NCBI GenBank assembly: GCA_000165425.1
Contig: CT868045.1
Coordinates: forward strand, 124,001-188,000
Direction of reading: 5' to 3'
Source of the DNA: Paramecium tetraurelia
Taxonomy: Eukaryota
Length of the DNA stretch: 64,000 nt
The position numbers were made by a program, and so were the translations under genes. The notes under the pieces are model-generated. The model worked only from the letters and a program-made list of their open reading frames with translations. It ran no database searches and was not told the origin of the DNA. Below, piece after piece: positions 1 through 15,486 of this stretch. Numbering within the stretch: position 1 is the first letter of the stretch; each line of letters opens with the position of its first letter.

Positions 1-820
1 TGACAACACAATTGTTATTTGTCTTTAATAAAGTGCATAATTGTGGTATATCTTAACATCCGTTGAGGAGGTCATTTACAGTACAGGTAGGAAGGTATGC
101 GTTGCATTACAAGTGAGTACTATTGGTGTTGGGAGCATTGGCACAGGTTTTTTCTTTGCATTTGCTCTAATCCCAGATGCATGATTTGGTTTAATCAAGA
201 TTTGTTACGCAGGCTTATTGAATTTTTTGATTTTCACAATTATCTTGGCTGGTTTCACAACCTCCTCCTTCCTTGACTGTGCATGTTTTCAATTGTTGCC
301 TGCATAACAAATCTGTGTTGAGAAAGAGAGGCAATAAATCGCAGGTTGTAGGGTATTGACAGGTGGAGGTTTGGGAGTTCCAGGTGCAATACATCCCGTT
401 TTAATCTTTTAGACAGCTCATCTGGTTTGAATAATTTGTGCAGTCGTCTAAATCTATACATTTCTCTCCGTCTGTTATGCATCTCGTAGATATGTTTTAG
501 CATATATCATTTGAGGTGAAGAAGAAGAGAGAACATCCAGGAAATGAGACACATTTGTCTAAGATATTGGCACAACCTTCAGTGCTTTTGCATAGATCAA
601 TTGAAATGAGTTCGCAATATGTTTTGATAGATTAAACTACTGGGACGTCTGAACATTTGGTTCCATCCCAAGAGCAATTAAGAGAGTGACAATCTTTTTC
701 ACTCTAAACTTGCAAGCAAGTACAAGATTTGTTTGAAGTAGATAGGGTGCTGACCTCAGTTGTAGTCTGCGAATGAACATAGTATTGTAGCAAGATGAGA
801 ATCAAAGCGGCTTTGTTCAT
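1..820 (-). CDS. Cys-rich secreted surface-antigen-like protein (Paramecium surface antigen/mini-antigen periods); 3' part runs off the window
   Basis: ATG at 820; MNKAALILILLQYYVHS signal peptide, then periodic Cys/Trp units (CTCLQVQSEKDCHSLNCSWDGTKC, CQNISTRCITDGEKC) under code 6. Confidence 0.8.
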
Positions 821-981
821 CTTTTATATTTAAAATATAACTATGTAATTCATTTAATGATGATTTATATATTCACTTTTTGTAGTCATTTTTCACTATG
901 CCCAACCATGATCCCTCAGTTAACTATTCATATGATCTTATCACACACAATCTATTAAAATTAATAATCCACTTTTATAAT

Positions 982-3900
982 ATGTAATCTGGACAGCTCT
1001 TGAATTTGTAAAGGCTCGAAAGATAATACTTACAGACACTATCCTAAAATGGATGGGAATCTCCAGTTGTAGTTAATGCAGCCGTTGAATTTGCCAACAC
1101 TTTGTTAAGAGATGGAAGAATCCTATTAAAATCAGGTAACAACCCTTAAGCAGAAATGTTCTTCAATCGAGCAAAAGAAGTAGATAAAAATATAACCAAA
1201 TTTAGATTACAACTCCAATTTCAAACACCAGTGGGATATTTTATACACCCAATTTTGTTCGGGCAAGAGGTAATGCAGTATTATAGATTGTCTAATTGTA
1301 TGAGTAACAAAACCAATACCAAAAGGCGTGGATGAATATCAAAGAAGTATTGCCCTTTATGGAGAAGTTTGCTTATACAAAAAGGATAAATATTAGCGAG
1401 GATGATCAAAATGTTTTAAAAATATATGTCTAATTGCTGTTTCATGGCTGCGAGGTTTGTAGAATGATGCATAGAAAAGATGATATGTTGGATCAATGTA
1501 ATAAATATGTTGAAATTTTGCATCGTTTGGGTATCACCTTCGACTCTTTGCGTAATCTTACCAAAGATGAATTTCATTAAGAATTCAAAAAATGGTTTTT
1601 GTTGTTGGCTAAGGCTTTCTATTATATTGGCAAATCGCAATTCAAAGTTGGATTTGAGAAGGAAGCACTTCGAAATCTCTATAAATCCTGGTAAATTTTT
1701 GAGATAATCTATGGAATCGATGCACCTGCTACCATTAAGGCCAGGGATAAATACGAGAAATTGAGTTAGAAAATGGAATTTGAAATGCTGATGGAAAAGG
1801 AGAAGGTAGACTTTTAAGAATTCAAGGATGATATCCAAAAGGATGTCGGATAAGAACTGCTCAAAAAAGTGGCTACACTTAAACCAAACAAAACATTTAA
1901 TGTATACATATTTCACTTATAACAAGCATCACATCATTCAATAAGTTAAGTCATATTAACAAATCGTAGGTCAGTTATCGCAACACACAACCAAGTACCA
2001 GATGCCAGAATATGTGAAGAAGGTTCGAATGGAATATGAGGAGAAATTGAGAACCATATCATTTCAATAGAAATACGACGATTCCAGCAACAAATATAAG
2101 CAATATCAAATCAAGAATAAGAAGTCCTCATCTAGAGCTGTCTCCACTTATAATCAATCCCTTTTGCCTCAAGATCGACTATTCTCCTCTCCCAAATTGT
2201 CCAATCACACTCAATCCAAAAGGACCAGTCTCTATCAATTGGACAATCATCTGGATTAATATAAGTAAATTTAATGTAGATTGTGTTAGAGAACAATTGC
2301 AAACTACAGAGTTGAAGAAGGATTCGATTGATGAACTATTGTTATCCAGACCCATGATCAAGTCTGAATATGTGTTACATAGAAAGAAAAACGATAATAA
2401 ACAAAATGATTCAGCCCAGCCTATTAAAAATACGAGTAAAAAGAAATTCAAATCGAATAGATTGATACCTCGTATTCTCAATAAATAAAGCACTCAACAC
2501 ATCCATATTAAATCTGACTCGTAATAGAGTGAATAAAAAATACATAAGTTATAAACCATATAAGACTAAAACTTCTAATTGTAAAATGAGGATCAGCATG
2601 ACCCTACTACCGAATCTGTTCTATTCTAATAGTAACAATAATAGTAACAAATTATTTAAGTTCCTTTTATCTAGAAAGTTTAAACTGAAGTGTCAGAAAA
2701 AAACGAAAATCTATTCGCAGATTTACTCAATAAATACACAATGGAATAACTCAACTTGGCAGCTTCTATCATTTAATCCTGCTATAGGAAATACACTAAA
2801 ACTATCAAGTAGGTTCAATCACTCCAAACTATTGAATTGACTCCCATCAATCTGCAGAAACCAATCATTGTCACTTAAATAAGCGAAAAGGTTGAAAGCC
2901 AATAGACGGGTCGCAATTTAATGAAGGTCTCTATGAAAGACATGAAAAGTTCGTTCAGAAGAAGAAACTTCGGATTCGATTCTATAGTTAGGGAAATCAA
3001 GAATACTGATTCCGATTAAAGTACCTCTAATAAAGCTAAAACTGTATGTTTCATCAATTTCATCATAGTTATTCTAAATCATCAAGGAATTTTACAATCT
3101 CCCTGAATAGGAATTGTACTTCCTATCAAAGTTATTCTTTGATTCTGAAATCAAGATTTGGAAACTCTCCAATATCTGCGTTAGGGCCTATAGTGATGCT
3201 AATTCTTAGGTTCAAGACACTGAGGAGCAAGAGCAAATACAGAACGATTTTACTCCTGGCGAAATTTGTATTTATTTTATAATGAATCTTAATTAGAAAA
3301 CTAATTGCAATACATCATGAACATTTTCGCCGACGTTAGATCTATCAAAGCATTACAATTAATAGTATACTTTAAATTGTCTAATGATATGTAACATTAC
3401 ACACTCAATTTCAAAATTAATAATTTTGCTAATTACTTAGATGAATATCAACGATGGTTTTCAAAGGACCGTCTTCAAAATTTTAATGGTTTGTTAAGTA
3501 TATATTGCAAACAATAATCCCTTTATTAATCTAATAAATGTCAAGTTATTGTATTTTAATCATCTGAATGTGTTCAGGAAATTGTTGCCAAACTATTATA
3601 CTCCCTAAAAAATCATTATTATTTAATTAGATCTGTCGTAGGGTTTAAAATAATCTCAATGAAAGATGTTATATAAAATCAAATGCAACATGATATTATT
3701 GACATTAGGTCCTATTACAAAAACAAACAAATCGAAAAGGAGAACAAAAGATAAATGCTATTGAAATAATTAAAAATTGAACCAATTAAAATAGTTGAAC
3801 ATTAAAAATAAGAACTACCATCAATATCATCATCTAGAAATAAACGACAATTGCTTTTTAACGATGAAATTCAATGCTCCAGAGAACAAAGCATTATAAT

Positions 3901-6900
3901 TTAAGAATCAGATGATAATAAATCTGAAAATTCAAAAATTATCACATCATAATCTCCATCTGATTAAAAACATTACTCCAATCATTTACAATCCATTGAG
4001 AACATCTCAGAGAAAGATATTATTCAAGAAATCATCCCACAAAGGAATCCAAAGAAACAATATTCTGTTATTCATAACAGAAATACCTTGACTAGTCCTA
4101 GATTTGACTCTTTTATGGCTTCTTAAGCAGTGATCCGTAATCCTATTCAAAGAAAAACTCATGGCAGTCAATTTTTGGAATTTTCGAGAAAATAGAAAGT
4201 AGACTTGGTTAAATAAGACGAGTTTAATCTTGAACCTCCAGTCTCCAAATAAAGTCTGGATGAATAAATTAGAGATAGAACACATTCAGATATATAATTC
4301 GTCAATGATTTTCTATCAGAATTTCAGTTTGCCAATTTGGCTGATTTTGAGGAATACCAACCGAAAGAAGGGCCAATTATTTCATTTAAAAACTAATTTG
4401 AAAATAAATCCACTTACTTTCCACCAAGAGGTTTAATAATCTACCCAGAACCTGAGCCATTTCTGCCTGAATATCCAGATTCATTCATTATGTTGAATGT
4501 CACTTTAAGGTAAGACAAATAAATAAAAACTGGATTTGTCTTGTACGAAGAAGGTCAAGTGTATTTGATAATTGACAATGGACATGGGAATGTTCAAAAA
4601 TAAAGTATTTCAATTGATCCTGGTATCAGATTACCTAACAGAAAAAAGAAGCTAGAAATCTTGGAACATTTGCAAGTGAAAAAAGAAACAAGTTAAAAAC
4701 TGTCTCTAGTTCAAGAATTGCAATAAGAGAATCACAGACACAATTTAATAATGCTATAGAGATATGTTAGAAGGATGCATCATTATGATGAATACATTTA
4801 AAATGAAATACATCAATAATTATATAGCAATCATGTAATACCTCCGACATCCATAAAGTGTTTGAGTTACTTAAATAAAACAGTTTCATTATAGTTGTTA
4901 GACAGTCAAAATAAAACAGAAACTGAAGAGGGCATTCAAATAGTAATTGAAACTGGAGTTGCTCAATCCAATGAAGAAGTAATTGATGGTAAGTCGTTTC
5001 ATTGTTATAGATCGAAGTTCAATATAAGCAAAAACAAATTTTACTATTTTTAAACCAATTTAAGCTTGAAAGTTGAAGTTTGCTTTAAAGAGACCAAGAT
5101 TCTAGACACAAAACTCTTGTATCTGAGTGAACAATAAGCAAAGTAAGACTTGCTTGTTCTAAAGAAAAACATGCATGAATTGATCAGTCATTCAAAGGTT
5201 TTGGTCAAGATTACACTCTACAATCTGAATTAGAATCAATATTTTTATAGAACAATTGATTCCCCACAAGACATTGAGAAAATGCTTCATATTTTCATTA
5301 AACCATAATTGATGGGTTATTAGATAAAATCATAAGCCAAAATACAAAGAAGATTAATAGGAAGGGCATTGCAATTCAATAGATAGTTAGTATGCTTAGA
5401 GGACAGAAATAGAGATAAGTTTAGCGCATTAGATTAGTTTTTATTGATGTACATCATCGATCCTTTGCAATTCATAAAAAACGAAAACCATAGATTATTA
5501 AAATAGACAATACTCTTTTATTATTTCAAATAGTAGTTGAAATTGACTCTGATATCCTCAAGCCGTTTAAGATATTTCATGAAAACATATTTCCATCGCA
5601 AAACCTTTAATGCTTAAAGCAGAGTGAGTAATATTGGCAAGGTTTTTGTGGAATGCGAAGTGTATTAATTCAATAAGTTTTATTCTGATTAATTAACCAA
5701 TGATCACACTTATTTCTACTTTCAAATAACCCCTTAAGAGAGTAGAACCAAAGTGTTTAAACTAGTTTTGGACTTTGCTGATATCAAAAGTATATGCAAT
5801 AAGGTTGTTTTACAAAACTGCTTTAAAGACAAAGTTTTGCATCAAATCATTAAAATATTGACTGCTTACTTAGTATGCTACAGAACCAACACTTATCATG
5901 GAATCAAAATCCCATTGTCATATATAGCCAGTCAATCCAAGTATGATCTTCACAATACATTCACTGAAGTAACATATGGAAGCAACATCCTTGAAGAATA
6001 GCAAAATGGCAGAACCTCTCATCCAAAATTGTCGATCTTAATCAGTGATCCTATACTCAGAAAAAAGTCTTAAGCCTAGATTATGGATGTGTAAATCGAT
6101 AATTTATAAATGCCTGAAGAAGCTAACAAAGTACTCAAAAATACTACGATGTTGACTCCTATTTTTAGAGGATAGAAGTTCATTTACAAAACAACCAAAA
6201 TTGTGAATAACATGTATGTCATAATCACCATATCTTATTTGTCTCTCAACAAATTTCAAATAGGATTGTACATACCACAAACCTGTAGGAATTTCAGTTG
6301 TTATATTTCATCAAATGATTTCCAAAATATGAGTCCTCTCTTTTTAGAATCAATATTCCCATCCAGTCTAGTGACCAAGGAAACTATTGATTAATTTTAC
6401 ATAAATAGATGGAAATTTTCTGAAATGAACAAGATCTTTGAAATGGCAGTCAACCATCCTGATGAGTTTGAAGATTTCTATAGTGAAATGCGCAGCTAAG
6501 CTAGAGCTATCCCCCAATCAGAACTCTAAAAACTAACTGAGAGCAGGGTTTCCATTAATAATGAAGAGGAATTCTTAGAAAAACCTTATGATGAAACTCC
6601 TAAACTGCTCGAATCTTTTAGCGATTAAAGTAGATAAAATGCGAGATCCTCTACTTAACCACCTGCCTTTGTGAAAAAATAATTCTCCAAGCAATTTTCA
6701 GTATAGAACTCTATTGGCCAATCAAATCCTATGAGGTTGTCACTGCCATCAGCTTAATTTCAATAGAAGACAGATAAAAGTCTATTTTATAGAAATAGTC
6801 CAAGGATCTCCCATTAATGTAGCATGGAAAATCTGTATTCAAGTGATAAAGATTTGTTTTTTAATCAAATACTTGTTAGGAAGAATAACCTAGACATGAT

Positions 6901-7779
6901 CTCTACTTTCGAAATTAAAATTTGGGAATCACTTATTGACAGAGTTTAAATTACTAAGAATTCATAAAATCGATTTATTCTTAATTTAGATACTTTTAAG
7001 GGAGTCTTACGAGAAAATCTATATACGCAGGTGGTTTATTTGGGTAATGAAGTCAATGCCTTATTCGAAGTATTTGTTGAAAATGTCAGAAAACCATTTA
7101 ACATGTTGAAACCTTATATGCCTATCAGATTAAATGAGAGTTAGAACTTTTAGTTGTATTAAAGAATCACTCTCTTTGAACAGCCTCAAATTGTCAATTT
7201 TAAACTGATGCTAAGAAAAGTATTATACAGTTATTATAACGATGAAAGGAGGAATTTGTAGAATTTAAAATTGAATGATTGCAGTGTGGATCAATATGAA
7301 TTCATAGAATCAGATATTTAGAAGTGTTCAGTTTACATGTTAAATAAATTAAAAAAATAGTTGAAATTGAATCCCTCTAAATTTATTATTTAAGAAGTAC
7401 AAGGAGATGAAAAATGCCCATAAGTAATTAAAGTCAATGCAAATTATCAATAATATTCCTCATTCAAAGTATTATATTTATCCCTAATTCTTAGTCTTAT
7501 TAATATACATTGCTTAAAAGGATGGTGTTTACTATGAGACCTACTTTAATATATGTTTCAATATTTTATCAAGAAAAGAAGAAAAAGTTTTGGTTATACT
7601 TTGAAAGTATGAAAAATTGCAAAAATACAACTGTTAAATATAGTTTAAAGGATATTTAGCATTGCATACCGAATGCTATTGGATTGTTGAATTTGGGCTT
7701 ACATTAGGAGTTAGGGAACAGAATATTTCGGAGTTTTAAAAACAGACTTTTGGTATCCACACATCAGTAATTGTTATGA
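982..7779 (+). CDS. Very large (~2200 aa) hypothetical protein with N-terminal TPR-like helices; several tiny introns
   Basis: ATG 982, intron ~1180-1205, TPR-like LAKAFYYIGKSQFKVGFEKEALRNLYKSWQIFEIIYG; frame open in sampled stretches; ends CAG TAA TTG TTA TGA at 7779. Not every splice was verified, so it could be more than one gene. Confidence 0.55.
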
Positions 7780-8353
7780 AATTTATATTTATAATTACTA
7801 ATTGTTATATGAAGTTATAAAATAATTAACCTTAAATGAAATGAAATTCAATTAAAAGAGTAATAAACTAATAGAAAGAAAAGAACTTATATTTCTGTTA
7901 TTAATTTGTAAATCTTATAATAGACATAACATATCATAAATACGGAAGATTTTTAGACTTTAGTGCACTGGGATTTCATAATTAAAAATTTAAATGAATG
8001 TATCATTGATAGTAAAATAATTCTAGATTATTAAAAAGTAAATTATATTATATTTAATAATTTGATTGATTACCTAAGGGTGACTATAAAGAAGGATATT
8101 CAATTATGAATTGTATAATGGTTAATTTAACTATACTTGAAGTAAATATATGCAAGGAGAAATTAATCAATAAATTCAAACTGAATGAGGGATATAATTA
8201 AAGTACTTTGCTAGTGACACATAAATGATGATTCCTACCTATTTAATAGACATTTTTGGTAACAGAATGATTTTAGTTCTTTTAACGTAACATTGATTAA
8301 TGTTAAATAAAGTTATGCTTTTGATTAAATATTTAATATTAATATAAATATCA

Positions 8354-9260
8354 ATGGAGGAACATCAATTAGTGATTGAATAATTGGAAAACATGAAGAA
8401 TTTAAAGCAGTTGTTCCATAAAATGAAGAATGGAAACATACGGATTGTTGATGCCTTTTCAATCGTGATTTATAAATTGATTAGACAATTTAGACCCTCC
8501 AGTTCAGAATATTTAGTGCTTCTTTAGGAATTGTTTTATTTGTCAATAGATATGTAATTGATTCACACAAGCGATGTAAATATGCGTAACAACATTAGCA
8601 AGTACTAAAAGTATTGCTAAAGTAATTTCCGACATCTGAAAAAGTATAAAGGTTGAAGGGATACTTGTTAGAAGCCAATGGAGAGGATGAAAATGCGTTG
8701 GTAGTATACGAGAAGATGTTGTCTGAGAATTTGATGGATCAAAACACAAGAAAGAGGAAAGTAGCATTGTAAAGAGTAATGAATGTGATAAATATATGAA
8801 AGAGACAAAACAATGTGGATTAGGCAATAGCCTTATTGAATACTTTTCTCACTTCATTTCCCAATGATGCTGAAGCTTGGCTTGAATTAGCAGACATCTA
8901 CTAAGAACATCTGAACTACTCTAGGGCCTAATTCTGTCTTGAAGAAGTCTTGTTGCTGAATTCGCAAGATCTACATTTAGCAATTAAATTAGCAGAAGTA
9001 TTAGTCTTCATTCTAAATACAAGGTCAATTATTCGAATCAGAATTACACATAGGCCAAGAACTATTATTGCTTTGTTCTATCCAAAAACCCAAATGAACC
9101 AAGATGCTTGTGGGGTCTATTGCAAACAATAAGAAAGAAGAAGAGAGAAGGAAATGATAAAGACCTAGGGACAATTGTTATATAGGCCTTACAGAAAATC
9201 TACAAATAACAGCCAATCAAATATCCATTTGAAAAAGTCGCCCTTGAAATACAATAGTGA
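8354..9260 (+). CDS. EMC2: ER membrane protein complex subunit 2 (TPR, TTC35-like)
   Basis: [61 protein letters not shown] match the EMC2 pattern. Confidence 0.85.
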
Positions 9261-9284
9261 GATAAATAAATAACATTGTCTTTA

Positions 9285-11849
9285 TCAATTTCTTAATTCC
9301 TACATCACCTCTGTTATGAGATGATTAAAAACTAATTCACTCAGCTCTAATGTCACCTCTGTATGTTCTTCATCAAATTCTTGCCATCTATCATCATTTT
9401 CAAGTACCTAATCCTTCAACTAATAGACTTACTTCCTGCTTTAACAATTTGTCTAGTCTCTCTTCTCTCACCTAAGGCAAGATATCATTGTCTATCTAAC
9501 TTCCTTGTGGCAATAGTATCCCACAGAGAGTCTCAGCCCATTGCACTACTTTGGATGCAGAGTGATTCAAGGTCTCATCCAAATCTTTAACTTGCCTGGA
9601 AATCACATTCCTTCTCCAAGGCAATGGCTTTCCTTTGATTCCAAAAGGTCTAAAGTAATCCAATGATTCATTGTAAGCATCAAAAATGGCTTTATTGTGA
9701 ATTCTCTCCATCTCATTGTTACAAACCTCTTCCTAACTTATCCTCTCTTTTTGTGTAAATATCTCTAATCCCAAAACTGCCTAATGAATGAAACCCCCAT
9801 CTATTGATTATTCAATCATTTCTTCAGTCAACCGAAAAAACCTCAAGATTTCGAAAGGAGAAGGACCAATACCCAAATTTACAATTTGCAAAAACTGATC
9901 CTGATAGTGATTTCTAACTATTAATTTAATGTCTTCCAAATATTAGCGAATATATCCAACATGAGTCTATACATACTATAAATTTTCTATCTATCCTTAC
10001 TCTTCCATTTCCAATGGAACATCCCTTACTTAAATAAATTATTACTTCTAATCCTTGAATGTATGAAGAAAGAGTCTTGTTTGATTGATTCGAATTGTAG
10101 GACACTAATTGTTATTCCTACTCTTACTAATGCACTTTCTTTTGTGGTTCAAGCAAGTTCTCTTCGGAAGAACTCACTCTCAAAAGCTAAATGTCTATAA
10201 ATAGTACAATACATTGATCTTCAAATCATTAAGTTAATTTTTCAATAGATTGCTTTGACTTAAACTTAGAGGCATCATTTTATTGAAATTATCCACACCT
10301 AACTTTTGCACAAATTTCAGATCCTTCTACGTTTTCTGAATGGTATCATAGGCTTTCTACCACCCTTCCTTTATCGCTTATTTATTGTGTTCCAATAATT
10401 CAAGTTCCTTTTCGCCCCACTTCACAATCTCTTACTCTTTTACTCCGAATGAACGAGGTGATATCCTCTCTTTAATCAACAAATCCTTCAGTATATTTTT
10501 TTCTCTTTATTCTCTTTCCTTAATCAATTATCCTCTAAGTTATAAGATCTATCCAATTTATGTAGGAAAAACATCCCTCCTCTCCACAATCAATTTAGAA
10601 GGCTTTAATTTTATCTAGGGTATTTCAAAGTTTTCTGTAAACGCATTTAATTTATTGTATTCAGCATGTTTTATCAAACTGTCAATCAAATCAGATAAAA
10701 CAATCATGTCTTATTTGACTTACAATTTTTCCAAGAATTCCCTAAGATTACTCCATCTAGTAATTTCTTAATTTTTGAGTTTCTACAATTGTTATAATTT
10801 AACATTTTTTTTATCTTTTTTCTGTTTTGATATCTTTCGAATCTTGTGTCCTCTAAACCATCTCTAAATACAGATTGCAGCCTGATCCTTCATTTCCTAT
10901 TCATAATTCCTAGATTCTCTCATTGAAATACCATCACTATTACTTTTCAAAGTTTTATAACGAGCCTCTAATTGCTTGAATTATTCTTTTAATGACTTTG
11001 GCCCTCCAGATTTTCTAGATGTGCTCTTACGATTTGCTACATAACTCAACATCAAGGGTTTTGCACTTGCTTTGTTGGAGGTATCTCTCGGAGGGGATCT
11101 ACTATTGGATAAGGAATTGCGTTTTGCGATTTCAGCCAGAGATCGCAGATTCTCATCAATGTGCTTACGTTTTTCAGCAAAGGATTATTATTTGACAGAT
11201 TCAAGTTAGGAGTAAAACTTTTTCTTTTCTTTCATATAGTGTTTCAATTGTTGTGGATATTGGTGTCTTTCGGGTGTGAGTGGCTGGTGATGTGAGTGTT
11301 CAATGGATGACATACGATTGCCTACACACAAATATAGCAACAAAATATACGCTCAAGAATTTGGTCGATTCTCCTGGTTCCAATTTTATTCAGAAAGCTC
11401 AAACCAAGCCTATCACGATGTTCTTAAATTGAGCTTGGTTTATCATTGAAGAATGTGGCTGCCTTTTTACGACGAACATATTCTGGAGATGAAAACTCAA
11501 CGGTTTAACTTTGAACCCTTTCAGCACTCACGCTCTTTTTAATCTTAGAGGATTTCTTCTTCTTTTAATACAATTATTGACTCTTTTTTATGGCCGCAGT
11601 GCGATCTAAAGATTTCTTTTTCTTTATCTTATCAGTGCTCTTGCCAACTTTGAGTTCACTTTAAGATTACTTAATGTGGGATTTCAAGTTGTCAAACTAC
11701 ACTATTTGAATTGGATCAACGGCACTTGTATCCTAATCCGATGGACCAATAATGTCCACTTCAGAAGCCATTTTCTTTTTCATCAATTTCCCACTCAACT
11801 TGATTTGATTTGAAATTCTTCGTCCTTTTACGGGTGAATTGTTTTACAT
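9285..11849 (-). CDS. IQ-motif coiled-coil protein with C-terminal DUF4378/CEP350-like domain
   Basis: IQ motif AAICIQRWFRGHKIRK (~10840-10885); C-terminal HNKAIFDAYNESLD...PLPW...ELSELVFNHLITEVMQEL. Confidence 0.65.
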
Positions 11850-12588
11850 TAAATTTAATTAACAGCCAAGCGCTTAATCTATTTTATTATGATGTTTACA
11901 AATCATCATACTTAAGTACCATATCATTTAGAATGCATCCTAAAACACTTCGGGAAACTGAAAATAATATACACAACAACTGTTATTCTATAAATATCAT
12001 AATTTCAAATTGAGTTTTAATTGAAGATAAATCTACTCAGAAGTGGTAGAATAAAAGCCTGATTTAAAGATTGAAGATGTATGAATGAGTTTGCATAATA
12101 ATGGAGTATAATTAGATAATACAAGTATTTAATGCTCTTTTCTAAATAGATAAATCTTGAAACTAAAATAAATACATTTCTTACGAATAGATTTAATAGA
12201 ATTATAAAGGATTTGAGAGCATTAGATTTATATATTGTACTAACAATATATAGATGGAAAGAGAATTGCTATCATAAAAACAAGTAAAATAGATATTTAA
12301 AGGAAGCAATCATATGATTAAAGTGAGTCAGCATATCCTAAAAAGGATTTAACAAATTTAAATAAGAATAGATAGATGTAACTTATTTATCATCAATTGT
12401 AGTAATAATTTAATTAGAATTTCAAAGAGTAATCGAAAAATGGAACAATATGAAATATAATAATCTCAAGAATGTCATTATTGAAATCTATATTTCGGAG
12501 TTGTTAAATAGAAGTAAAAGATAAGTTTAAAATTAAAATAAAATAATTCTAAAATTTTGATGTTATTTTTATACATTATCAATATTTA

Positions 12589-15012
12589 TCACTAGACCGT
12601 CATTCCTTGGGTTTCTGGATCTTTTGGTGCAATCTTAGAGTTTGGTTGATCTCCATCTTTGAAACCATAATTCTAAATTCTATAGGCTCTCAATCCAACA
12701 CAGCAATTTGCCAATGATCCGAAAAACATGGAAACACCGATAATGATTATTAAAATAGTTGTTCTGGATATTCCTGGAATGAACACAACACATAGACCAT
12801 CTAACACATTATTGAATGATTACTAAAATATTGATATAAATGCTTACCTTCAAAAATGAACAATCAACTCCATTTAACAATTCATCTAAGTGTTACATAA
12901 TAGTATCGGCATCAGCAATAAAAGTGTTAATTTTACCCATATAATCTTCAAATGTCTTAGAGACATCAGCATTTAAAGTTAAGACATTCTATTCTTTAGT
13001 GACAGAATTTGACCACATTGAAGTTTATTTATTGTATTGTGTCTTCAAAACAGCAGTTTCAGCCAAACCACTCTAATCAGCACAAGAAGGTGTGGATGAT
13101 GCTAAATACGAAGGATGCCAGCATTTCTGGTTAAATGTTGATCCAGTGTCTGAAGCAGATCTCATTGGTAATAATCCATCTGCACATTTGGAAACTGCCA
13201 ATTCAACACAACCTGAGTTTGATTTGAAATTGTTGAATTTATCAAAAGCTGCCTTTAATGGGACATAGTCTGCTGGTTTTGCATCAAAGACTGTGCCATC
13301 CTTACAATTTTGAACTGCTAACAGATTGTTATTCAATTTGTCATTAAAGTCCTTCTTCTAGTCGTCAAATGAAGAGTATTAAGTCTGGAAATCAGAGATT
13401 TATTCTTTAAAATTAACCAAAGGATCAGTAGCTGAGGATAAGTCCATGACTTCGAATAGAGATTTGGCTGAATCAGGGAAGAAACAGGAAGATATAATCT
13501 CCTTAGTTTCTCCTGCATCGATGAAATCGGTCTGTTAATAAAATTCATAGTCATTGACAAATGAGTCAAGATAATAGCAGACTTCAGCAAATATCACAGA
13601 AGATGGATGTAATAGGAGAGCTATCAAGAAGCATAAGATCATCAAAATGACATAAATGCACCAAGTAAAGTGAAGTAATCCTCTTACTTTATAGATCTTC
13701 AATAAAACAATCAAAATGATAGAGCAAATTGATACTATGCTTAGACCCAATCCTACACCAAATAATACATTAAGAGCCAAGGATGCATAGGTTCCAGCAT
13801 TTTCTAAGACTTTAGTATTGTCATAAAGAGTTGTGCTGGCATCATTAATATCGTTTATAAATCCGTCAATTGTACTACTTCCACTTTCTAAAGTACTAGT
13901 ATCAAAGGAATCTCCTGAGATATCACTAGCATAATCTTCCAATTGCACTGATGTTTCAATCATTCCATCATAATATGAAGACAAAGCATCTGGTTAAGGA
14001 GTACATTTTAAATAGTCTTTGTATGTTGACGCCAAACTATTGTAATTTGAAGTATAGGTAGAGGCTTATGAATCTGATGAAGCCATCAAAATATAGTCAA
14101 ACTAACCAAATAGAATAATATAGATACAAAGTTTTGTGAAGACAAGTAACTCTCAGCTCCACCATCTAAAACTGGCAATGCTGCATTGGTTGCTCCTCTT
14201 TTCATGCTAGAATTTGATATCAATTATATTTTACTTATTATTGGCTGTGATCACATCAGTCTTTTTTTGATTGATTGTTTTCGATGTCTTACCAGAAAAT
14301 GTAGTTTTTAGTTATTTTTAAAAGTCCGATATCTCAGTATTTATAGAATCGATACTATCTGCAAGACCAGATAAACCGGGAAAGGCTCCTTCTGAATTTC
14401 CATATACAATATCATAAAACAATGATATCAAGGAACAACGAGCAGACTTCATACCTTTTTCTACGTCACCAGAATAGGATAATCCTGCTATTGATGCTGC
14501 GAACAACAATAAATTCAAGATTAGAGCAAAACCAACTGGAACATAGAGTTCCATTTTGGATAGTTTGTCATGTTCATAGTCTCTCTTGCAACATTTCGAT
14601 GGTGGACATTTTCTAATAATATTAATTGTTCTCTTACTTATCACAACAACAATAGCAACAATAGAAAATCCAACCAAATATAGATATGATCAAAAATATC
14701 GCCCATGGGATTATATATCTTAACAGATTCATGACCAAGTTGATGTCTGCATTTTGCTCATTAACAGCCTTTGTAACATCACTTCTGATATTTGTATCGT
14801 AGAGATTATCGAGTATTTATTATGCACTATCCCTTTCTGATTAAGTTACTACAAGATCTAGAATTAAAATGTATTTGTTATTTACCTTCTGTACAAGCCT
14901 CCTCTTTTTATGTTTTGACATCCAAAGTGGATTCAGATGCTTCGAAGTTCTAAAGTAATAGAATTAAACCTAAGAAAAGTGAAGAGTAAATGAGTTTTTT
15001 GGCAAGTTTCAT
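12589..15012 (-). CDS. Multi-pass membrane protein with large Cys-containing extracellular loops (prominin/tweety-like topology)
   Basis: Hydrophobic N-terminus, about five TM segments (e.g. LALNVLFGVGLGLSIVSICSIILIVLL, LLHFTWCIYVILMILCFLIALLL), TGA at 12589. Confidence 0.65.
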
Positions 15013-15486
15013 ATAAATATATTATTGATTTTGCAAGATTTTATCCAAATTTTTAAATCTGGAAATGACGCACTTGTTTCTATTAAATTTGATCCTATAT
15101 AATTTATCTCAATTAACTAGACGGTCACAGTATAATTTAATGAAGAAAGAGGAGATTTTTAAATTAAAAAAGCAAAACTGTTGTCAATTTAACTAGAAAG
15201 AATATTACTCTGTTATGATTGAATAATCATCTCCTCTATTAAATTCTTGGCGCAGTAAATACAATAAGTTCATAATCACAAAAAAGAGCTATTTAAATTT
15301 AAATTGCTTAATAATATTATGAAATCTCATATAAAAAACTAAGATAATTATCATAGCTTGAAAGTTTTAGAGCATCAGTTTAAATTTCTTTGAATAAAAT
15401 ACGAAAATAGATTTTTTAGTGACAACATTTTTAATTATGGAAGAAAAATAACGATTTTATTTGAAATTAATTAATAATATATACAT

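Noticed and set aside
5335..5375. IQ-like motif (AKIQRRLIGRA) in the large 982-7779 protein
   Set aside because: Weak match lacking the conserved RG and final R spacing
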